Part shown: positions 24,781 to 50,112 of the stretch, one piece after another
How the letters are laid out: every line of letters starts with the position of its first letter
Position numbering within the stretch: the stretch's first letter is position 1
From: Thalia democratica
Lineage: Eukaryota
Direction: 5' to 3'
DNA length: 64,000 nt
Assembly (NCBI GenBank): GCA_965202585.1
Contig: OZ241827.1
Span: 51,150,001 to 51,214,000, forward strand
Notes under the pieces: generated by a model
What the model was told of the DNA's origin: nothing
What the model saw: the letters and a program-made list of their open reading frames with translations, nothing else
Databases searched by the model: none
Translations under genes and position numbers: made by a program

Positions 24781-27700
24781 ACTTTAAACTATGTAACTAT
24801 AAACTAAAAATATATAAAATCAAAAACTAATTTGTTTGGAGCCCGGTTGTTTGTTTGTATGAGGTTTTGAGTTTGTCTATGTGCTATTTCTTTACTTTAA
24901 TGCTTTGTATTGCATTTTTTAAGTTATAAAAATGAAATAGTAAGCTCCGATATTTTAAATAGTTTTTGATAAAAATGAAACGTTACTGGCTACTTATAAA
25001 AAATAATACAACGAATAAAATCAAGAAAACATAAAAGCACACAACGGTTTTGTAAGCAACGTATTAAAAAATAAAATAGTATTTTATTGAATAATAAAAT
25101 TAAATGTTGAAATTTCATAGTTTTTGAGTGCAAAAAACATTTTGGCTTTTCGCAGCATTCAGGTCATACTTAATCATTTAGAGAAAATTCAGTACTATAC
25201 TTGTCAGATAAAGCAGACAAAGATAAAAATACTTATTTTCTTATTAATGCTAAACGAAATGTTTAGTTGTGTGATCAACTTACAAAACAACCTTTCAATT
25301 TTCTTTAGAATTAAAATCACAACAGTACTTCAATATGACCATAGTGAGACAAAATTTAGCTTAAACTAGCTACCAATCTAAAAACAAACAGTTTATAAAC
25401 ATCTTTAGTAAGTTAACTTTCGGATATTTATCCGGTATCAATTTATAATTGTTTCAAATTATAGATTTAAATTTAGATTACTAAGCTTTAAATAACAAAA
25501 TTGATTTAAGTAATTAAACGTATTTTAGGACGACATTAAACTATTTCCATCATATAATAGTGTTAATCAATATCTTAGCTATAAATATATCAAGCATAGA
25601 CTTTTATTAGTTTGAAATTTTTTTGATAATTTTTCTCTAAACTAAATCAACTAACTGAAAATAAATTTATTGAGAAAACTAGCAATTAGATTTTGCTTCC
25701 ACATATAACAAAAAGTTTAAAGTAAAGGGTCAATATTACTACTTATGAACTAAGAAATAATATTTTTATAAACTGAAGTTTTCACTCGTCAAGTGAAGAA
25801 AACTGGTCAAGTGAAGTTGGGGAATCACTTTTTTAAAAACTTAATCTTATTTTTTACATTAAAAACCAAGTTACTGGTGATTTTATACCACTTATTTTGA
25901 AATACCTTGTAATTTATAAGTTTTAAAAGCAGAAATAGAGTATTTCAATAAAGATCTATTTTCTCCTTCAATTTTTGAACAATTAATTTTCAATTTTTTC
26001 TATTCAATATACAATATACTTAAAACAAACTGCAGGAAAGATATATTTTAGTTTTTATCAAAAACTATTTTTATTCTATAATATAACAAAGATCGATTTA
26101 TCTTAACTTTGGTCATTAACTTTAAAAATATAATTTAAAGGATCTGCTTTCAGCGAATTTCTTATAATATTGAAAAACTATTTCCTGACGATCTGAAAAA
26201 ATTGCTTTTTTAATGAAAGAAAAGGTAGAATTTTTGTTCATCTTTTGAAATTTTAGAAAAATTTACCCTGAACAACTTATTTTTTATGCATTTCTATCAC
26301 AAAATTTTATAAAACTTGTTATACCTACCTTTATAGTTAATTGACTTTTTGTTTACAGTATTTATATAATGTTATATAAAAGTAATTTTTTTTTTAGTAT
26401 GTCATCTTTTAAATTGTTTAAGATAATAATCATTTGTTATAAGATATTATTACCTGTAGTTGTTTTACAAAGTATATGCTAAGTCTGGCCGAACTTTACT
26501 TTTTATTTTGTTGTCTAAAAAATATTTAGCTGTTTTATGTAGAAGTTTTCCGTTACTAGATACTAAAAACTTTGGTACTGTTTTTTAGTTACTTGCACTA
26601 GAGATTTTTGTTTTAAGTATTTAAGTTGTCGTTTATAACTTACTAGCTAAATAAAAATTAAAAGTTTGTAAGTTTATATTTGTGCAAGTAAAGAAAACTA
26701 AATTTTACAAAATAGCTATAACAAAAAATAAAGTTCTTCTTAAATTATTTTTAGCTTAAAGTTCAAAAAATAAAACAGAATAAAAAAACTTTCAAAAATA
26801 AAATAGTTTTCATTTGTAACTTAATGTTTTATTCAACCTTATTATTAATTAACTATTTTTTTGTATAAATTTTTTATTAAGTTAGTTACATAATTTCTTC
26901 AAGGTTCATTAGACTTAAATGTTTTAATATCTTTATTAATTAATAAAAGTTAGAAACAATATCTTTAAAGAAATACTTTAGTGTTATATTTACAGTAATT
27001 AAAAATAAGTTTTGTTTTGTGCATGCTTTGTACACAAATTAGAGCTGTAAATTATAGGCTGAATTATTCTAAAGAAAAAAATATATAGTTTTAATTTGAG
27101 GCTACAAAATAAGTCAAAGGTTTACATAATGAAACTATAAAGGTTTTAGTCTAAATTAATTTTGATATCCTCAGTATGAGAAAACCTAGCTTAAAAATAT
27201 AAACTAACTATTATAACTATTTTAAAAAATTTGTTTACATTTTAGATTAAAAAATCATACTGTCGGGATTTTTGATAGTGATATATTCAATTTGCGACGC
27301 TTGTTACCATGTCTGCCTATAGTTGTTAAAAGAGGTTCATGTTTAGAAACAAACAGTTGTTTTTTAGAACAGTAGCTACTGATTTTTATATAAAATTCTT
27401 TGATTAAGATTTTTTAAACTTAAGAAAAAAGTTATAAGTTAGGGACTTTTTAAAAAAATAATATTATGCATAAAAAAATACCACACGATGTTACTAGGAG
27501 AAGCTGTTTTTAATATAATATGAATACTGTAACTAAAAAAATGTTAGCACATTTAAAAAGTTTTTCTTGCCCCGTTATAATTTATTAACGAAAGGCATAG
27601 TTAAACATTTTTTATCAATTAAACAGACTAGTAGTAACAAACAAAAATCATAAGGTATATATTTAAATAATTTTGAGATTAAAGTAAAGATGTTTTTGAT

Positions 27701-28748
27701 CAATTGAAAATTAAATATTACTACATACTTGTAAATATAAAGTACGAAAATTTAAGGGCTGTTGCAAAATAAAAGAAACTTCTTAAACATACCTTTCACT
27801 TTTGACGCCTGAGTGTATAATAACAGGGCAATTGTCATCTAAAATAACTTGTAATGAAAAAAATATTGTTTTCAAATCTTGAATTAATTAGTGAGCTGTT
27901 TAAAAATAAAGTTAATTTATAGTCATATTCTTAATACTCTATGAAAGTTGTTAATTAAACAATTCAAAAATAAACGTTTTTAGAATAGCAAAATAATACC
28001 TAAAAACACATTTTGAAGCATATTTTTATCAATTAAACTTTATCTAACACATAAATAGCTCATAGTGCACTTCATCTAAAAATTTATGAATTTTCGTTCG
28101 CCTTTACAGAATTTGTAAACCTGCAAATGCCCACAACACACCAGCGTATCTATGCTAAACATGGCCGGGTTTTTCATAACTTCTGATTGGGTTATAATAT
28201 TTACACGTGTAACTACATCAGCTCTGTCTATTTAAGAAATGAGTAAGAAGTTTGTTGTGATTACAAGCTGCTAAATAAACTGTTGAGCAGCCTGAATAAT
28301 TGTCAATTCATTAATACTTTTGGTTTATTGTTTGTTGTGTAATAAGTACGTAGGCGCAAGCTTATTGAGCTCCTTAAATTAAAAAGGTTTTATAATTTAA
28401 GTACTTAAATTTCAAGTTTCAAAGCACATATGACACTCTACTAAATCAGTGGCAATCCAATTTTTAAAGCTATGCAGAGTAGACTATAAAAATATTTTTA
28501 GTGACACTAATATATTTTTATTATGAACAGATTAATTACTATAACTTTTTTTTTAGGTATTGAAAGTAATTAAAATGTGGTTTATGAAAAAAACAACATT
28601 AAATACTTAAAATAGTTACTATAATTTCTGTGCCATAAATTTCTTGTTTATTTAATTTATTTTTAACTGTGATATACTTGTTTAGGTTTACAGTCATTTC
28701 TAAATTGGATTAAAGAGTCTACTAATCAAGATAAGTTCCTACTACTAC

Positions 28749-28877
28749 ATTATTATTATTTATTGAACGAAAACAAAAAAAGCGCTCAAATATTTTGTCT
28801 AAGGATCTGGTGTACGAAAAAACGTTTCAGTTATCGAGTCATACACCAAGATACAGTTTTAAGTCATTTCCAGGACA
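28749..28877 (-). mobile_element. Short retroposon-like repeat (stem-loop plus (AAT)n tail), copy 1
   Basis: Core CTGGTGTACGAAAAAAC.TTTC.GTTATCGAGTCATACACCA.GATACAG is shared with four other copies. The minus strand ends in AATAAATAATAATAAT. Confidence 0.6.
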
Positions 28878-30080
28878 ATTACTAATAAAACAATCAGTTA
28901 AACTAATAAAAAAAATAAAAAAAATAAAAAAATGAAAGAAAATAAAATGAATGGAATAAAATAAAACTGAATTACTACTATAGTACTTCTTTATCTTGAT
29001 TATCAGATTTCACATTTTTAATTTAGAATAAACAAATACTTCTAAAAGTACAAAAAAACAAGATAACCGTTAAGGTAATAAAAAAAAACATTTTCTGTTG
29101 TTTTTGTTAGATCTAAATAAAAAATTATATCTACAAAGCAAGAGAAATCGTGTGATGTGCTTTTGTTGGAGTTGAATATTAACTGCAAGCTCAATTAAAT
29201 TTATTGGAAACGTGTCAGTTTTGTAAAGAATGAACACTTAACAATCAGATAGACTTTAAGGTCATAAAAGAACCATTATTTTTATTCAAAAAAAAAACTA
29301 ATATCTTTAATGCAAGACGAATCGTTTAAGATTTTTTTGTGTAAATTGAAAAAGATTTTTAAGCTCCATAAAATTTATTGTTGACACTTTAAAGTCATAA
29401 ACTTTTTTTGTGTCTTTCTTTAAAGTAAATAAAAAAATTGATATCTATAAGGCAAGAAAAAACGTCTTAGATGTTTTTTGTGTAACCTGAAATAGAACTG
29501 TAAGTGTAATAGATTTAACTGAATTTAATTTTATTTTCAATGTTAGTAACAAACCTGAGAGCTATAAAGCTTTACAAACCGTCTAAGTTGTTTTCTGTTT
29601 AAATTGAACAACATTTTTTAGTTTTATAGACCGGTTTAAAAATTGAGCGAAATTGTAAATAAAGTGTTCAATATCTACAAATATCTGTTTTTGATTGTCT
29701 GCGTATTTTTTTTACCAAGAGTAAACACGCTTTTAATTTCAATTCAGCTAAAAATTGTTCAACAAATTAAAAAGCTAACCGAAGTACAGTTTAAAAAAAG
29801 TAAAAAGTCATGACATTTATTAAGAGATTTATTGAAAAAGAAAGCAATAAAATCTTTTAATATTGTGGGGTATGATTTATATCAAAAAAGTTATAAATGT
29901 AATTAAATTGTTTTTCTAACTGTTTAGATACCTTATTAAAAGCTCTAAAACTTGGCTTACATTTTTTAACTTTAAACATAAAAAGTTGCCAACTAATTAT
30001 AAACTTAAACACTACAACTAAAACTACGGTGTAGTATGTAAATTAAACTTCTTATGCAAAAATCAAACAGATAACTAGAT

Positions 30081-30134
30081 CAAAAAAGTGTGCAACAAAT
30101 ACAAGCTCAAAAAAGTGTGCAACAAATACATGCT
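30081..30134. repeat. 27-bp direct tandem duplication
   Basis: CAAAAAAGTGTGCAACAAATACA(A/T)GCT x2. Confidence 0.85.
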
Positions 30135-30444
30135 CACAAACACTTGATCATTGAAAGCTATCTGTAATTTTTCAATTAACGGTCAGTAAACTTGGGCTTC
30201 TGGACCAAACAGCGCAAGGCAGAACTCTTTATTCGCGAAAGCGTCATTTTTTAGCTAAAAAAACAAAGAAAACTAACATTTTTATTTTCTTCCTATAATT
30301 TAAGTGCAATTTAAGAATAATGGTCGTTTAATGATTTAAATTTGCTTGTCTAAGTTTCAAAGTAATGGCGACGAGTGATATTTTTGGTAGGGGGAGCGGA
30401 ATATTTTTGATTTTCAAAAAGTACAAATCGTAACAAATTAAGAT

Positions 30445-30720
30445 CGAGTTTTTTGTTGTGACGTCATATTTACTTAATAGATTGATTTGAAATTTACAAA
30501 TCATTTAGTTTATCAAACAGAAATCATTAGTAGGTATAAAACTTTCATACAGTTGGTATGCATGCGTTAAGTGTGCCAAACGAATTGTATTATGTCAAAA
30601 ACTTTTTTGTGACGTCATAATGACTAAACAAATTGACTTGAAACAAAAAATTGATTTAATTGAGGGTATTTTTTAGTATGTATACAAGTTTACATTGCTA
30701 TTCATGCAGTAACTTTGCCT
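30445..30720. repeat. Diverged ~150-bp dimer beginning TTGTGACGTCATA (transposon-internal repeat-like)
   Basis: TTGTGACGTCATA...ATTGA(T/C)TTGAAA...TAGTA(G/T)GTATA...CCAAACGAA/CCTAACGAA occurs twice. Confidence 0.5.
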
Positions 30721-31352
30721 AACGAATCGCTTTGCTTTTCAACCTAATATATCCTCCAATTAGAAGTCTAGAAGTCTATCCCTATTCTCAGGCTAAAAGA
30801 TGCATTAACCCCTTATGGCCTTGAAAATTTATATAATATAAAGAAGAAATATTCTATTGCTATTTTTCTCAATATTTTTTTTTAACTAGCAGAGGAAAAT
30901 AACTCGAATTTTCTTAAAGTAGTAAAAACTAGTGCTTGGTTTTATATAAATCAAACTGAGTAATTGTAGCAACCAGTAGAGTTAAAAAGTTCATAATTTT
31001 GTAAAGCAAATAATTAAACTTAATCTTTTTTTATTTAAACTAACTACAATGGCTCTTTTTTTGTAACAGTGGAATTTAACAATCTAATATTTATCTAATC
31101 ATTAAAAAAACAACTTGTTAAATTTTAATTCAAACTTGTCTAAAATACTGGTCTTTTAGCAATCAGTAACATTAAAAACATTAAATAAAATCGTTTACGA
31201 AACTATACAAATGTTCGTTAAAAATTTCTTAGATTTTTTATATGGTACAAGGCGTTATAAAAGACACTTTTCATCCACATAATTTGACAAATAATCGCGT
31301 ATATTGAAAAAGTTATAACTTTTTATTTCTATCTGAAAAATAGATAAGTTTA

Positions 31353-31620
31353 GTATAATAATAAAATTTAAACAGTACTCTTTTTTATTACACCAACACA
31401 TATTTCTGTGCGTTAACAAGTTAAAACACTTCAACGAAGCTATAAAAGTTCAAGAAATACTATAAATTCTGTGCGTATGTGTGTTAGTGTAATACAGAAA
31501 GAGTACTGTTTAAATTTGTTATTATTACTATATATTACAATGAACTTGTTTCACTAGGATCTTTGTTAACAAACGCTTAAGTTTATACTTTTAATAGTTG
31601 AGTTTTACTATAAATATTCA
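31353..31620. repeat. Degenerate foldback element related to the 17.7-kb hairpin, with shared one-sided flank
   Basis: Arms AAATTTAAACAGTACTC.../...GAGTACTGTTTAAATTT. 31530-31620 is the reverse complement of about 17600-17690 (ATCCTAGTGAAACAAGTTCA block). A further fragment lies at 51251-51300. Confidence 0.7.
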
Positions 31621-31630
31621 TTGTACCTAA

Positions 31631-32687
31631 CAGTTGCGTCGCGTGGTCTTTTTGTTAGGGGGTGCTGCAGATTGACAATGTCAAATTAAAAAATCATCTA
31701 GTTTGAAACATTTAGAATAAAATCGTAAAGGTAATATGTTGAAACCGCAAATTTTTCAGAAAAAAGGTTGAACATATTTTTTTAATTAATTAATAAATAA
31801 AATATAAAAAAACAGTTTGAAAAAAAAATCTTATACCTTTGTACATCATCAACCTTTCCTAACAACTATAGCTACTTTTATTTTTATTTATGTCCAAGTA
31901 AGTTTCTGTTTTTGCACAAACATAAATTTAATAACTTAATTTTATGACTTGACTAACAAGTAATAAAAACAAAAAAAAAACATGCAAGTAACATAAAAAA
32001 ACGAGGTTGCCTTTGCTCGAGTTTTCCCTGCTCAAGTTGCTCCTGATTGAGTTTTTCCTGCTTGAGTTGCTCCTGCTCGATTTTTTTCTGCTCGAATTTT
32101 TCCTGCTCAAGTTGTTCCTGCTCGAGTTGCCTCTGCTAGAGTATTCCCTCCTCGAGTTCACTTGTCTTAGTGTTCTCGCGTTGTAGTAAATTTTAACAAC
32201 GTTCATGATTTAATTCACATGGTGCTGCAAGTTCATGCAGCTCTAGAATTCAACTTTTCAACATTTTTTGTATTGAAAACTTGTAAACATTTAAGATGCA
32301 GCTAACACAGATTGAGCTTGCAAGTCCAATATTACGAACATTTTTAACAACATCAAATATAAAAGTTTGAAAAAAAAATTAATTTAGCAGGGAATTAACG
32401 ACGTTCATGTACACATTTGGCTGTATTTTTTGTACAAGTTAATGATAACATAACTTTCTTATTTTTTAAGCTAATGTAAAATCTTTTAATATTATTTTAA
32501 AGCACAATCCCTCAAATTTGAAACAAAGTTACTTTGACGTAATTTGGGGTTGTACAACTGAAGCAGAAGCCCATTTAAAACTGCGTGTTTAAAGGCTTAA
32601 ACTCTAAATTAAAAAAAAATTAACATAATTTTCAAATTTTTTAGGTGGAGCTACAGCTCCAGCGTACCACCCCACGCGACGCCCCTG
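31631..32687. mobile_element. hAT-type non-autonomous element, ~1057 bp
   Basis: TIRs CAGTTGCGTCGCGTGG...CCACGCGACGCCCCTG. Flanks GTACCTAA / GTAACTTA match 6 of 8. Internal GGTGCTGCA motifs. Confidence 0.7.
32001..32165. repeat. 15-bp minisatellite, ~11 diverged units, nested in the hAT element
   Basis: Consensus CTCGAGTT(G/T)(C/T)TCCTG with a clear period of 15. Confidence 0.85.
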
Positions 32688-33334
32688 GTAACTTATACCT
32701 ATCTATTTCGTATTATTAATAAAATTTAATGTTTTAAAAGTCAAAGTTTTACATTAATTTTTTTTATCTTAATATTCTTTTAAAACTTTCTAATAGGGTT
32801 AGCAATACTTTTTGTTATCTAATCAAAAAGTTTTATTAATAAAAAATACAAACTTCGATTTTTTTTATTAAATTAAAAAACAAACAAAAAACATTTTTCT
32901 TTTTTATTTTTTAAGCGATGCATAGTTACAAACAAATAAATAAAGAACATAATTTACACTATAATCAAAAACGTTTCATACAAATATAAATCCAAATTTA
33001 ATTCCCGCAAGCTTGAATCTCTAACTTTCTTAAAAATATTCAATTAACTTCGAGTATGAAAAAGAATTTGATTATTTGATCAGCTAAGACGTGTCAAGAA
33101 AAGGTTCCAGATCCTGAAAAAATACAAACTAAGCACTACGAAATTTTTATTGTTATTTATATTTTAGCATTATTTTCCAATGAAGTTACTTTTTACGTAT
33201 ATGTTTTTATTTCACCTTTTCCATTATTATTGTTTGTTTTTTATTGCATTTATCTAATTAATTCCAATTTTAAATATGTTTCTACTCAGTAAACAAACTG
33301 CTAACGGTAGCGATTTGAGCAGACGGCAGAACGA

Positions 33335-46056
<12,722 letters not shown>

Positions 46057-48403
46057 GACTAATCTTCAACTTGATGTAAAACAGTAAAAACCTGTAATTT
46101 GTTAAAGGAAAGTAGTAATCAAAATTTTTTGAATAAGTACAAAAACAACAAGTTTGAATTAATTTTTTTCTTTGTATAATAAAATATTCTAACTAGAACT
46201 TTGAAAAGCTCTTACAAACTACAAGCAAGTTTATCATATTGTCTACAAAAAGCGTTTAGAAAATTTAACTTTTAATTTTTAAAACATACTTAACTATTCT
46301 AGTATTAAAAAGTCAGAAAGTATATTTTCGAACAGACTGTACTTTAAATTTCTACTGTGTTTCCTTTCATATAAACGTAATAAAAAATACTACCCCTAAA
46401 TTTTAGCACCGAACAAAAATATACACACTGCGAACTACTTTAGTATTAGTTTTAAGAAAATTAATAAACCATGTGTGGTCTTCATCGTTAGGTATGCCAC
46501 AACTTAAATTATATAGAAGCAATTTTTTAGAATTGTATTAAATAATGAACAAAAATTTGTGTATAACTTATGTTCAAAATATGATGATAATTTTGTTTGG
46601 ATGCAGTATTTTAAACAAAAAACTTAGTTTAATTATAAAAAAACTATATTTGCGGTCAAGTAGTGTTTCGACAGCTACAATTTTATACTTCATGTAAAGT
46701 TTCTCAGGTATTGACTAACTTAACTAATCCAGTTGAACTTTTTTTGGTCCTTGAACAAGTAAATGGTTATTATGACACAACTGCTACAAGTTATCAAACA
46801 TAAAAAGTGATATTTTCATTATAAAAAGTTGGTTGAAATTTTTGCTCACTTTAAATTTTCGTACGAATATCTTTATTTGATTATGTGAAGTTTAGATATC
46901 AGTTAATGTAGAGTCTTTTAAAGAAATATTTACTTTAGGTATGTCCTTAAAAAAAAGCATTAGTTGTGTTGTTTACAAAAAAAAAGCAAGCAACTGACTT
47001 GAACTAAAAGTAAATAAAAAGCAAGTTGCCTTTACTATTAGCTAAATAAAATGACATCTTACTCAACTACGTCTAAGCAACGTATAAATTAATTAGTTTG
47101 AACTTTTGCCGTTATTAATTCTTCTACTGTTAATAATTAGAAAGTTGTCATTACAATTTAAAAATAGTTTTACATTTAGAAATGCTAATAAAAACTAAAA
47201 TATCGTTTTATAGGTAGTGTTAAAAATAACATTAACTTTCATTAGGAATAGTGAACTAAATAATTTGAACGATTTATCTAATTCGGTTCAATTTATCTTT
47301 ACATTGTACATAAGTTACTTTAGCCCATGAACGTTTTAACCATGATAACATAGTAAAAAATACCTAAATAGATGATAGGAAATCTAATTCCCAGACCTTT
47401 ATTTTATATTAAGTAGTTTATGTATAAAATGTTTTTAAACTGTTTACAGTTTTACAAAGTGCTCTACTTTTAAAAAAATTCTAAAACAAGTATTTTAATG
47501 TTTTTGGTCTTTTATAAATTTTAATATGACCTGCCTTGTTGTAAACAAAACAAAAATCAAAAAACTATAGCCGTAGTAAATACATACTAATAAAGCATAC
47601 AATCATATTCTGAACATAAAAGTAATATGCCGTTTTACACAACTGTCTGGTTAACAATCGAAAAGTTTGTGTCTTTATACAGATTAGTTGTAGAATCATT
47701 TCTATTATTATACCTAAAACGTAAGCGAAAAGTGATTTTGTGTTGATAAGCATATGAACAAATTAGGATGCTTAATCCCTGGAGGCTAGCGCCATTCTTT
47801 GTTTGTTTATTCAATCAATGTCAAAATAATGTTTCTGACATTTTAAAGGAAATGTCGTCTAAGTTGAAATTAATTGTTTACTAAAAGTGTGAACATTTTA
47901 ATTGACTGCTAAATGTTTTACTTTGAAAGTAGTAGTTAAAACAGCGTACAACTAAAGTCTACTTATCAGCTTGTTTTGTTAGATGAACCATAAAATCTTT
48001 TAAAGTTTAAAACTTTAGACAGAAAACTCTAGAGATAGTTTTGTTGCATTTCTAAAGTTTTTCTTGTATTTTAAAATTCAGAAACTACTGCTATTTCTTT
48101 TAGCTACAGAGTATTGTTAACTAGTGCTTGATGTTCGGTACTTTATTAGTTTTTGTAAAGAAAGTATTTTACAAAAAAAGTTGTTAGAATAGGAATTTTG
48201 TTAAAACTTTGAAAGTGGAAAATAGTTTACAGAAAAAAAAAATTTATTACTTATTACTAAAGTTTGTTTAGTTTAAATCAAATATAGTCAATCATTTCTG
48301 TTTGTATTCCTATCAAAAACTTTCGAAATAAAAAAGTAGCGTAGAAATATTAAAAACCTCGAAGTAAAATTAAGATCGTAAAAACGAAAGCAAACAAACG
48401 AAC

Positions 48404-48700
48404 CTGCAAAAATTAAGTTGAAACTTGCTACTCTATCAAGGACTGTCTAAGAAAAATGTGCTCTTCCAAAGCGAAAAGCCCAATTTATACCAAAGCGCCG
48501 CTTTCCTTAAACAGGCAAATTGGTGATGGGAGAATTTTGACGGACAAGCCGGCTCCCGGGAGACGACGCACCCTAATCAGCGGCTGATTGACCCCAATCT
48601 GTGGCAATTCGCGGGCGAAATGCGCCTGTGAAGTCGCGATTATTTATAAACATCTAATGCGAGTTGCAAAGTCAGCAAGCAATTCGCGCATGAGAAAATA
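48404..48700 (-). promoter_or_regulatory. Putative core promoter and non-coding first exon of myosin paralog A
   Basis: CpG-rich island in an AT-rich background. TATAAA on minus at 48489-48484, with CA initiator-like dinucleotides 30-32 nt downstream (about 48457-48459). Donor GCAG|GTTCGT at 48403. MEF2-consensus TTATTTATAA at 48640-48649. The next exon (46091-46020) has a CAG acceptor and carries the ATG. Confidence 0.55.
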
Positions 48701-49711
48701 TACGTAAAAGTTTGGTTCGGAACTTTTTCCTTGAGAAGCGTTGCAAACAGAAAAGCAATCAATCCGCGCAAACGACCTTTTCTTTTGTGCGTTTGTTTGT
48801 TAACCAGCGAAAAGTTTGAAAGAAAAATTCGCTTAATTGTTAAAAAGTTAGTTTTATGTTCATTTGGTTACAGTTTCAGATTAGATTTTGCTTTTCAATC
48901 TTTTTTGTGGTTTTTTATGGAGAGATTTGTTTGAAATAAAAGGGTTATTTTTGTTTATGAGTTTAGCACCCAAATACTTTTTTATTGGAAATTTCTTCAA
49001 AATTGTCTATTCATAATACTGTTTAGATAAAAAAAATATTAATAGCGGAAGGTCCAAATTGGTTTAGTTGTTGTAATTTTTTTTTTAAAACATCTAATTG
49101 CTATAAACAAAAAAATTGTTTTCGAAATAACTTACTCTAAAGTAGTTATAGTAATTGTATATACTAAGGTAGATAAAACTCATCGTAATAAAAATATCAT
49201 TTAAAATAACTTTTTTTTTTCTTGTTATTGATTCATATAGCTTTGTGAATTAATTTGAGTTTTTAAGAGCGCAGCATTACGTAGGTGTTACTACGTAGTT
49301 AAAACGTACGTAGGTGGTTAAAAGATCAAACCTTAAACATTTCATGGTAATTATTAGCATACATGCAATTAAAAAAATGGATGATGTAAACTGGCAGGGT
49401 TTTATAGTGAAACTGTCAAGTTCAATTTACAAATTGATTTACTTGAAATTGAAATATAATGTACATGTATAAGCTTTAGTGACTTTTAGTTTTTTTTTTG
49501 CACGTATTTCATTTTATAGTTTAATCTTTTTTTCATTAGACTAAAGTTATAGTTTAATTTAAATAAACCAAATTAAAAAATAATAATGAAAAACTAATCT
49601 TACTAAAAAATTTAACTTAATTTGAAAAAAAAATCTCAATAATAGTGTACATTACTTGAAAACTTTCTAGTGTTTAATTAAAAATAAATTATATTCAAAA
49701 TATTAATAAAA

Positions 49712-49830
49712 GTAATGTTTATCAAACGAAAAAAAAGTGCTTATAACAACTGGTCCAAGAACCTGGGTGTACAAAAAGCCTTTCGGTTGCCGTAAACCAC
49801 TTGGATACAGTTATACGCCGTGTACAGCAT
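49712..49830 (-). mobile_element. Short retroposon-like repeat, diverged copy
   Basis: AAACGAAAAAAAAGTGCT...CCTGGGTGTACAAAAAGCCTTTCGGTTG...GGATACAG matches the 28.8/51.9-kb family. Confidence 0.55.
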
Positions 49831-50034
49831 AGAACACAATAATTCTAAATAGAATTACAGTAGAAGTGACGTATGCAAAAGTGAACCTCGTACACTTTTG
49901 ATACCTACCAACAACTTTTCTATTAAACTTATTTATACTTAAGTATTCCTTTGTATCGTTGTGAAAAATAAAAATTTTAAAAGTTATATCCTAGTGTTTT
50001 AATTTTGAAGAAAGAGTTTTTTATAAACTTTTAT

Positions 50035-50112
50035 TTAATAACCGAAAGGGTTTTTTGTGCACCAGGTGTTAGGACCAAATATTTTGAGCATCTTTTTGTC
50101 GTTCAATAAACT
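50035..50112 (+). mobile_element. Short retroposon-like repeat, truncated copy in opposite orientation
   Basis: ATAACCGAAAGGGTTTTTTGTGCACCAGG...TTTTGAGCATCTTTTTGTCGTTCAATAAA is the reverse complement of the family core. Confidence 0.55.

Noticed and set aside
1088-25369. Short ORFs in AT-rich or repeat DNA (1088, 2529, 9220, 17198, 23417, 24226, 24572, 25124) and antisense ORFs over the real genes
   Set aside because: Low-complexity F/L/I/K composition, located in MITEs or opposite true CDSs, with no recognisable motifs.
2384-30617. Repeated TGACGTCA (CRE) palindromes at about 2385, 5949, 8213, 30458 and 30610
   Set aside because: Mostly in repeat-like contexts and not near identified promoters, so they cannot be called regulatory.
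32001-32165. Regularly spaced repeats, superficially CRISPR-like
   Set aside because: Head-to-tail units without unique spacers, in a eukaryotic context with no cas genes.
31928-32206. 92-aa SR-rich ORF resembling an RS-domain protein
   Set aside because: It is simply the translation of the 15-bp minisatellite inside a hAT element; no supporting exons.
46469-46490. Alternative phase-1 ATG exon candidate (MKTTHG) for myosin A
   Set aside because: Weaker donor, no clear acceptor and no compositional signal compared with the 46091-46020 exon.
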